Shown: positions 58,601 through 64,000 of the stretch, piece after piece
Layout of the letters: the number at the start of each line of letters is the position of its first letter
Numbering within the stretch: the stretch's first letter is position 1
Virus record (IMG/VR): IMGVR_UViG_3300042882_000813
Direction: 5' to 3' (one strand)
Length of the DNA stretch: 64,000 bases
Origin: an uncultured virus (IMG/VR IMGVR_UViG_3300042882_000813)
Lineage: Duplodnaviria; Heunggongvirae; Uroviricota; Caudoviricetes
The notes under the pieces: model-generated
Told to the model about the DNA's origin: nothing
Databases searched by the model: none
What the model saw: the letters and a program-made list of their open reading frames with translations, nothing else
Program-made: the position numbers and the translations under genes

Positions 58601-59278
58601 TCCTGTGTTTGTTGGTGTTTGAGTTGGTGTTTCTGTATTTGTTGGTGTTTGTGTTGGTGTAGAAGTCTGAGTATTTGTTGGAGTTTGTGTTGGTGTAGAT
58701 GTATTTGTTGGTGTTGGAGTTGGGGTCGGAGTTAACGGAACACAAATAGTATAATTATTAATTAAACTACTTAAAATTGTGTAATTAATGACATCGTTTT
58801 TATAATATATCGCAAATGTACTTGTTATACCTGAAATACATTCTGCATCAGGGAAAAATCCTGCGGTTCCATACCCATCACTTGTTTGACCATTACCATC
58901 ACAATCAACGTATTGGAAGAAAACTTTGTTATTCTTACTAACATCAGTATTTCCGGTAGCGTCAGCTAAGTCAGTTGAACTAACTGTCGCATCCGCATTA
59001 TAACAAACTGTTGCACATGCACTTTGTTGATTCTCATAACTATTACTCGCAATAGTTCCTATATTATTATTATAATAAGAAAAGACAAAAGGAATTGAAT
59101 CGTCACCACAGACTGCACTACTATAAGTACCTGCACTACTATATGATAGTTGAAACGGTGTACCATAACAATCAGTGTAATCAACAAACACAGTACCATT
59201 CTGAGCAGGATTACTATTACCTGTTGCATTCGCAATATCAAGAGCACTTATTATTATGTCATAATCTTTACAAGCCAT
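55664..59278 (-). CDS. large Cys- and TP-rich modular virion protein
   Basis: N-terminus MACKDYDIIIS..DIA.ATGN matches that of 48987..53519; several TP tracts. Confidence 0.8.
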   Translation of the reverse strand: MACKDYDIIISALDIANATGNSNPAQNGTVFVDYTDCYGTPFQLSYSSAGTYSSAVCGDDSIPFVFSYYNNNIGTIASNSYENQQSACATVCYNADATVSSTDLADATGNTDVSKNNKVFFQYVDCDGNGQTSDGYGTAGFFPDAECISGITSTFAIYYKNDVINYTILSSLINNYTICVPLTPTPTPTPTNTSTPTQTPTNTQTSTPTQTPTNTETPTQTPTNTGTPTQTPTNTQTSTPTQTPGCYYIGKALYSAIDCGTACSTTLQVDLYSNFEPIVPGVVLYSDSCVTTVVDGYYSLVSTAGPSNLGCYTVNGGSGVISSYSICPTPTPTPTTTQTQTPTNTQTQTPTNTETPTQTPTNTQTSTPTQTQTPTNTETPTQTPTNTQTPTNTSTPTTTQTPTPSVTGGYIVQFQSCTNSLNTFRFINLPSTLIVGETYLISDESFNGCATVITYDGSGPIYNGNGSVMTQVSSGCGDILCPNVGSIPAILTNCGNGNILYANVQQDTAFVGATYYYEGACYSFIEFSGEGGPDLGEPDFSDCLYCIPSQTPTATPLPTPTFTPTPSTTPLPCTNSVYCFSTTLSSLTGYTGNYTVAGNYNTLQYYSGNSTTTSFIYYTGSYWCLSNSLGGSCVLQGATPCKSVCPDISANDFTIGVCPSPTPLPVDCTTFDFNAYFDCDWEPTPTPIPIIPCGDVDFDFTNNTVTPTPPTPVDLCENTAILFSLSGYTPVGPTVTSTPTQMPTPDIPVGGQVTFNMLNEVFSCVSVKVLKLCGTNTEIYTNDSLTYLGIPITTGTTFLALMSYPNGNNVQECVTYVRDDFNFSSDSTIAAIYNVYGNCGSCSVLTTQTPTPTVTPTLTTTQTQTPTQTLTRTPTNTPTQTLTQTPTRTPGGTPASTPAGTLTQTPTNTRTQTPTPTLTKTPTPTPNYYYVFQSCQPVSPQTVKSMVGQSLPHGLLVVGQVIKDSSNVCWEYLGRYETNYAYPSNVIWSTFQGDKFSNITTTFSNCAACSTPPAIPCNGSLTTTGEAGYYEIINNIGSNTGNVTITFNALSVPDRFQIYWNNTLVADSLFVGDDLNTNSPTRTTYVNEILNASTLTKYIYVGTGGNAVFNGIPNFAWSTNGTISVSYTNADIAPNTSTRASGSVGNQIGVVANIPSPSAKSSDGDVKLTFNKTLAEPGTIRIVAIGVNGGTGWRITNLTCPPPL

Positions 59279-59293
59279 TCAAATTTGTTTTAC

Positions 59294-59359
59294 TATAAAT
59301 AACCCAATAGTGGGTTTTATACAAAAAGAAATATAGTTTTATTAAAAAACAAATAAAGA
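59294..59359. repeat. 66-bp direct repeat, copy 1
   Basis: 64/66 identical to 63746-63811. Confidence 0.95.
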
Positions 59360-59387
59360 CGATAAGGTCGTAGAAAAGATAAATACT

Positions 59388-62300
59388 TTATTTGTTATGT
59401 GTTAAGACATTATTCGCAAAATACAAGTTACTATTATTAACGTCAACATCATAAACCGTTGTTGGTTCTGTAATTACCACTAATGAAGTAATTTCAAATT
59501 CAGTATTATCAATATCCAATAATACATCACCAACGTTTAATTCTGATGTTGTTCTGATATACCAAACACCATTTTGTTTAACAACGTGGTTATGAGAATC
59601 GGTTGCAATTAATCTACCATTATTAATGTTAACAACTGAATCAAATTCGTATGTTGTAAAATTAATAACCGTTGATGTTGAACTAACATAATTCAATGTA
59701 TCACTACTCCAAGAGTACCACTCATTCGCAGGTTGAGGCATTCCTGATACATCAATAGATTTAAGTACATCATTCACTTGAATATCTTGTATTAATTTGG
59801 TTGACCCATCCGATAATGTTATTAAGGTATCGGAAACTAAACATCCAGTACACAAAGAACAAACTCCAAAAGATGTACCGTCCCAATATCTTCGATTTGT
59901 TCCATCACTATACCACCCCGCCGTTGCAGGAGATAAATAACAATTACCCTCTCCGTCACCCGAATTTAAAATTGTTGCTGAACACAAATCACAACTATCG
60001 GCACAATTAAAATCAAGCAATGGGTTATTACAAGCATTAGAAGCGCTTAAACCATATTGAAAGTCTGTTAAACATAAAGATGGTGGTGTTGTTGGTGTTG
60101 GGGTTGGTGTTGGTGGAGGTAAACAACAATCATTTACCGCTATTTCCCAATAACCATCACCATCACCACCGGTTTTTACAACACTATCTTGTTGAGCACA
60201 AACATCTAATGGCGAGTCAAATTCACCTACACCTACATTTGTTACGGTTCCATTACAAGCAGTATATTGATAATTTGTATACCCAATGTAAGGGGTAAAT
60301 GGTGGACTACTAGTATAAAATAATGTATAACATACACAAACTATTGGTAGTGTTTCGGTTGGTGTTGGTGTTAAGGTTGGAGTTACTGTTGGAGTTTGAG
60401 TTCTTGTTGGTGTATTAGTAGGTGTTTTTGTTAGTGTATTAGTTGGTGTATTTGTTGGTGTTTTAGTTTGAGTTGGCGTTTGAGTTGGAGCTAAATAAAA
60501 TAAAACGTTAGAAAATGAACTTGTAGTCGGTGAAGTATTACATCCTTGATAAACTTTATAATAAGTAGCAACTAAAGGTTTTGAGAAAGTATAAGAACTT
60601 CCACAAGCACATGCCGTACAAATTATTGTATAATTTATTCCATCAGTTGATGAATACCAAAATAAAGCTCCACAAGAACCTCCACCAGCAGGTAATGAAT
60701 AGTTAATTGTTAAAGTTGAACCATTATCAACGATATTATTTAAAACAGGTGCCAAACATTCAGGTGTTGTTGTTGGAGTTATTGTGTTTGTAGGGGTATT
60801 TGTTGGGGTTTTAGTTATAGTATTTGTTGGTGTTATTGTGTTTGTAGGGGTATTTGTTGGGGTTTTAGTTATAGTATTTGTTGGCGTTTGAGTCATTGTT
60901 TTTGTAGGTGTTGGAGTAGGGGTTTGTGTAAATTCACTTGTAATACAACTTGGTGATTGTGCCGCTCCTGAAATACCTGGAACACCAGCAACTGTTTGTA
61001 CGAATGTTGCTGCTAAGGTTGTAGGGTTAATTGACCATACTTGACGGGTACCCTGTACAACATATAATGTGGTACCAACAATGTACATACCCCAAGCATT
61101 AGTAAACGGTAATTGGGTGGAGTTCCAAACTGTACCATCACTTAAGAATTCACCAATAAAACTATTAGACCCATTCGAATATGTTACAAAATAGTGTGTT
61201 GTTGTTGGATTATAAACTATGTCTCCATCAACAAATGTACCGGATGGTAAATTAAATAATAAAGTACTTGTTGCAGTTGTTGTTGTAATATTTAACGAAT
61301 ATATTGAAGAACCACCCATTAATAATGTAGTATTATTAATTGCCCCTAATCCTGCCCCATACGCTCCTGCCGGATAAGATATTATTCTATTAGGCGTTTG
61401 AGATACACTAAACGGACTCAATGTTAAATCATATTCATAAATATCAGTAGTATTGTATAACCATAATTTATTACTTGTCATAGCAATATCAGGGGAACCA
61501 ATCCCAGTTGATAATACTAACTCTGAAGTATTAAGAGTTGGATTATAATGATATACATTTCCTGAATTATTAAATGCAACATCACAACTGTTAAAAATTA
61601 TCGGAGTTGCAGTTGGTGTTGGAGTTTGAGTTGATGTTCTTGTAGGTGTTTGAGTTTGAGTTGCGGTGTTAGTAGGAGTTTGAGTTATTGTGTTAGTTGG
61701 TGTTATTGTATTGGTAGGGGTATTTGTTGGAGTTTGAGTTATTGTGTTAGTTGGTGTTATTGTATTGGTAGGGGTATTTGTTGGAGTTTGAGTTATTGTG
61801 TTAGTTGGCGTTTGAGTTTGACTTGCAGTGTTAGTAGGTGTTTGAGTTATTGTGTTCGTTGGCGTTTGAGTTTGACTTGCAGTGTTAGTAGGTGTTTGAG
61901 TTATTGTGTTAGTTGGCGTGTTTGTTGGCGTTTGAGTTTGAGTAGCAGTGTTAGTCGGAGTACTAGTCTCTGTGTTAGTTGGCGTGTTTGTTGGCGTTTG
62001 AGTTTGAGTAGCAGTGTTAGTCGGAGTACTAGTCTCTGTGTTTGTTGGCGTGTTTGTTGGCGTTTGAGTTTGAGTAGCAGTGTTAGTCGGAGTACTAGTC
62101 TCTGTGTTTGTTGGCGTGTTTGTTGGTGTCTCAGTATTTGTCGGAGTCGGAGTATTAGTCGGAGTTTCTGTATTTGCAGGTGTTGGTGTTTGAGTCGGAG
62201 TTTCTGTATTAGTTGGCGTATTAGTCGGAGTACTAGTCTCTGTGTTTGTTGGAGTGTTAGTTGGAGTTTCTGTATTAGTTGGCGTTATAGTTTGTGTTGG

Positions 62301-63716
62301 TGTTTCAGTATTAGTCGGAGTTGGAGTCTGAGTAGCAGTATTAGTCGGAGTACTAGTCTCTGTGTTTGTCGGAGTTGGAGTCTGAGTAGCAGTATTAGTC
62401 GGAGTACTAGTCTCTGTGTTTGTTGGCGTGTTTGTAGGTGTTATAGTTTGTGTTGGTGTTTCAGTATTAGTCGGAGTCGGAGTATTAGTCGGAGTTTCTG
62501 TATTTGTTGGCGTGTTTGTTGGCGTCTCAGTATTAGTTTGAGTTGGAGTATTAGTCGGAGTTTCTGTATTTGTAGGTGTTGGAGTGTTAGTTGAAGTTTG
62601 GGTTGGAGTTTGAGTTGGTTGGGCATCTGTTGGTGTTACAGTGTTAGTTGGTGTTGGTGTTTGAGTTAACACAGGACAATAAGTTGGCGTTACACAAATA
62701 TTTGTATCTGACCCGTTATATCTTGTTACTAACGCATTATAGTTATTTACAATCTCATTCGACGTTAATCCTCTATTAAAAATTTGAACTTCTCCGATAT
62801 TACCATCAAAATATTCAGTTATATTTGTTAATCCTATTGTAAGGTTATTAGCATTAGGAACATTATGCCCGGTAGGAGTGTCAGAACCAATTAAAACACC
62901 ATTAACCCAAATACTTCTTGTAGTACCATCAAAAGTAGCAACCGCATTATACCAAAGTCCCGGTGTTATTGTTGTTGTAACACTTAAATCGTTTGCCCAC
63001 CAATAATTTACCAATCCTGAAGAAGTAAGTCGGAAAGCATTTACTTGATTTGTTGCACCATAATTACCCCACCCAACAAGACCTTTTTCCCCAAGAGTAT
63101 CAGTATTAAACCAAACACTTATAGTGTAATTTGAATTACCGATTGGTATATTTGTTGGTGTTGTAAAAGAAACATATTGATTGGCACCATTAAAACCCAA
63201 ATAACCCTTTAAACCTGAGTTATAAGTAACACCATTAACCAATGTTCCGTTATTGTTGGGATTATTAGTTAAGTCATACCATACAGTACCTGTTTTTGGG
63301 TATGAAGATGGTAATCCTGCGTCAAGATTTAAGGTATTACCACTTGTAACAATTGGTGGGTAATTTTGATTGGTTACAAATATTCCATTTGTAATCGCCC
63401 AATCCATCGCGGTTAATAAAGTTAGAAATGGACCTTCGGATTTTGCTATCGCAATTCTATTAATAAGATTAATTAAACTCTCATCCGTTAAATCATTAGT
63501 ACAATAACATAACATAAATGCAGACTCTTCATCTGTCTTATTCATAAAATAAGAATCAATTAGAAGATTATAATTATCACATACCCCACAAGTCGAGCAC
63601 CAATCCAAATTAGTTAAATTAACAGAACTATTTACAGCAACTGAAACCCTACTGGTATTTAACGCCCAATCTTGATTACTACCTGCGTTATACGCCATCA
63701 AACTAACATTTGCCAT
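59388..63716 (-). CDS. giant virion protein: LamG/ConA-like domain, ~350-aa TP stalk, propeller, C-terminal Hint domain
   Basis: LNLDAG..SYP..GT.WYDL and YTISVWF...[10 protein letters not shown]...[11 protein letters not shown]; ends [10 protein letters not shown]...[11 protein letters not shown]. Confidence 0.85.
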   Translation of the reverse strand: MANVSLMAYNAGSNQDWALNTSRVSVAVNSSVNLTNLDWCSTCGVCDNYNLLIDSYFMNKTDEESAFMLCYCTNDLTDESLINLINRIAIAKSEGPFLTLLTAMDWAITNGIFVTNQNYPPIVTSGNTLNLDAGLPSSYPKTGTVWYDLTNNPNNNGTLVNGVTYNSGLKGYLGFNGANQYVSFTTPTNIPIGNSNYTISVWFNTDTLGEKGLVGWGNYGATNQVNAFRLTSSGLVNYWWANDLSVTTTITPGLWYNAVATFDGTTRSIWVNGVLIGSDTPTGHNVPNANNLTIGLTNITEYFDGNIGEVQIFNRGLTSNEIVNNYNALVTRYNGSDTNICVTPTYCPVLTQTPTPTNTVTPTDAQPTQTPTQTSTNTPTPTNTETPTNTPTQTNTETPTNTPTNTETPTNTPTPTNTETPTQTITPTNTPTNTETSTPTNTATQTPTPTNTETSTPTNTATQTPTPTNTETPTQTITPTNTETPTNTPTNTETSTPTNTPTNTETPTQTPTPANTETPTNTPTPTNTETPTNTPTNTETSTPTNTATQTQTPTNTPTNTETSTPTNTATQTQTPTNTPTNTETSTPTNTATQTQTPTNTPTNTITQTPTNTASQTQTPTNTITQTPTNTASQTQTPTNTITQTPTNTPTNTITPTNTITQTPTNTPTNTITPTNTITQTPTNTATQTQTPTRTSTQTPTPTATPIIFNSCDVAFNNSGNVYHYNPTLNTSELVLSTGIGSPDIAMTSNKLWLYNTTDIYEYDLTLSPFSVSQTPNRIISYPAGAYGAGLGAINNTTLLMGGSSIYSLNITTTTATSTLLFNLPSGTFVDGDIVYNPTTTHYFVTYSNGSNSFIGEFLSDGTVWNSTQLPFTNAWGMYIVGTTLYVVQGTRQVWSINPTTLAATFVQTVAGVPGISGAAQSPSCITSEFTQTPTPTPTKTMTQTPTNTITKTPTNTPTNTITPTNTITKTPTNTPTNTITPTTTPECLAPVLNNIVDNGSTLTINYSLPAGGGSCGALFWYSSTDGINYTIICTACACGSSYTFSKPLVATYYKVYQGCNTSPTTSSFSNVLFYLAPTQTPTQTKTPTNTPTNTLTKTPTNTPTRTQTPTVTPTLTPTPTETLPIVCVCYTLFYTSSPPFTPYIGYTNYQYTACNGTVTNVGVGEFDSPLDVCAQQDSVVKTGGDGDGYWEIAVNDCCLPPPTPTPTPTTPPSLCLTDFQYGLSASNACNNPLLDFNCADSCDLCSATILNSGDGEGNCYLSPATAGWYSDGTNRRYWDGTSFGVCSLCTGCLVSDTLITLSDGSTKLIQDIQVNDVLKSIDVSGMPQPANEWYSWSSDTLNYVSSTSTVINFTTYEFDSVVNINNGRLIATDSHNHVVKQNGVWYIRTTSELNVGDVLLDIDNTEFEITSLVVITEPTTVYDVDVNNSNLYFANNVLTHNK
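61921..62118. repeat. three tandem 66-nt (22-aa) repeats within the TP stalk
   Basis: Near-identical units start at 61921, 61987 and 62053. Confidence 0.85.
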
Positions 63717-63745
63717 CTATATTATTTTTTGTTTTTTAACACTAT

Positions 63746-63811
63746 TATAAATAACCCCATAGTGGGTTTTATACAAAAAGAAATATACTTTTATTAAAAA
63801 ACAAATAAAGA
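63746..63811. repeat. 66-bp direct repeat, copy 2
   Basis: 64/66 identical to 59294-59359. Confidence 0.95.
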
Positions 63812-63836
63812 TAGGGGTTGGGAATATTTATAAGAT

Positions 63837-64000
63837 ATGAAACTTCTTTCAACCATAGAAAAAATTATCCAAGAAGCCGAAGATAATTACAATAACGCCT
63901 GTGAAGGTGCAACATCCATTGATGAATTAGATAGACTTGAAAAACAATATAACGATTCATTAAAATTATTAACATTTTATAAGTTTAATGAACACAAAAA
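63837..64000 (+). CDS. partial ORF (runs off the window)
   Basis: MKLLSTIEKIIQEAEDNYN...; TATTTATA at 63825. Confidence 0.7.
   Translation, partial: MKLLSTIEKIIQEAEDNYNNACEGATSIDELDRLEKQYNDSLKLLTFYKFNEHK

Noticed and set aside
61650..62594. 314-aa plus-strand Cys/Trp/Ser ORF
   Set aside because: It is the antisense shadow of the TP repeat.
59294..63811. Transposon, IS element or DGR
   Set aside because: No transposase, recombinase or reverse transcriptase in the window; the repeat is intergenic and differs at only two positions.
1..64000. Stop-codon reassignment
   Set aside because: Genes are intact and tightly packed in code 11, and TAG and TGA both end real genes.
1..64000. Bacterial chromosome or NCLDV origin
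   Set aside because: Host-like genes (dnaJ, trxA, cysC, sigma) are isolated among phage replication, lysis and fibre genes, with bacterial promoters and terminators.

Overview
This AT-rich window has dense, mostly minus-strand genes and reads as part of a large (jumbo/huge) tailed phage. It uses the standard genetic code, and its host is probably a Bacteroidota species, because TTTG-N19/20-TAnnTTTG promoters recur. Left to right: (1) 1-1230 is a non-coding RNA cluster with no canonical tRNA but four tRNA mimics (one circularly permuted T-acceptor-D element, one with the anticodon loop closed as a GNRA tetraloop, two with matching acceptor/T arms and replaced anticodon domains) plus other structured stretches. 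(2) Auxiliary genes: NUDIX, DUF192, DHH phosphoesterase, LysM, DNA MTases, APS kinase with a HIGH nucleotidyltransferase, DUF3310, Trx/Grx, DnaJ, Hc1. (3) Three tandem collagen fibre genes with S74 chaperone domains and almost equal collagen lengths. (4) Three paralogous 'T[KR]WCT' proteins, two with a putative capsid-targeting leader and one ending in LRRs. (5) A lysis-like cassette, a sigma70 factor, a nuclease-MTase-nuclease cassette, SbcC/SbcD, exonuclease, primase and RuvC. (6) Giant Thr-Pro-rich modular virion proteins, the last ending in a Hint domain and flanked by a 66-bp direct repeat. All family calls come from motif recognition by eye; no searches were run.
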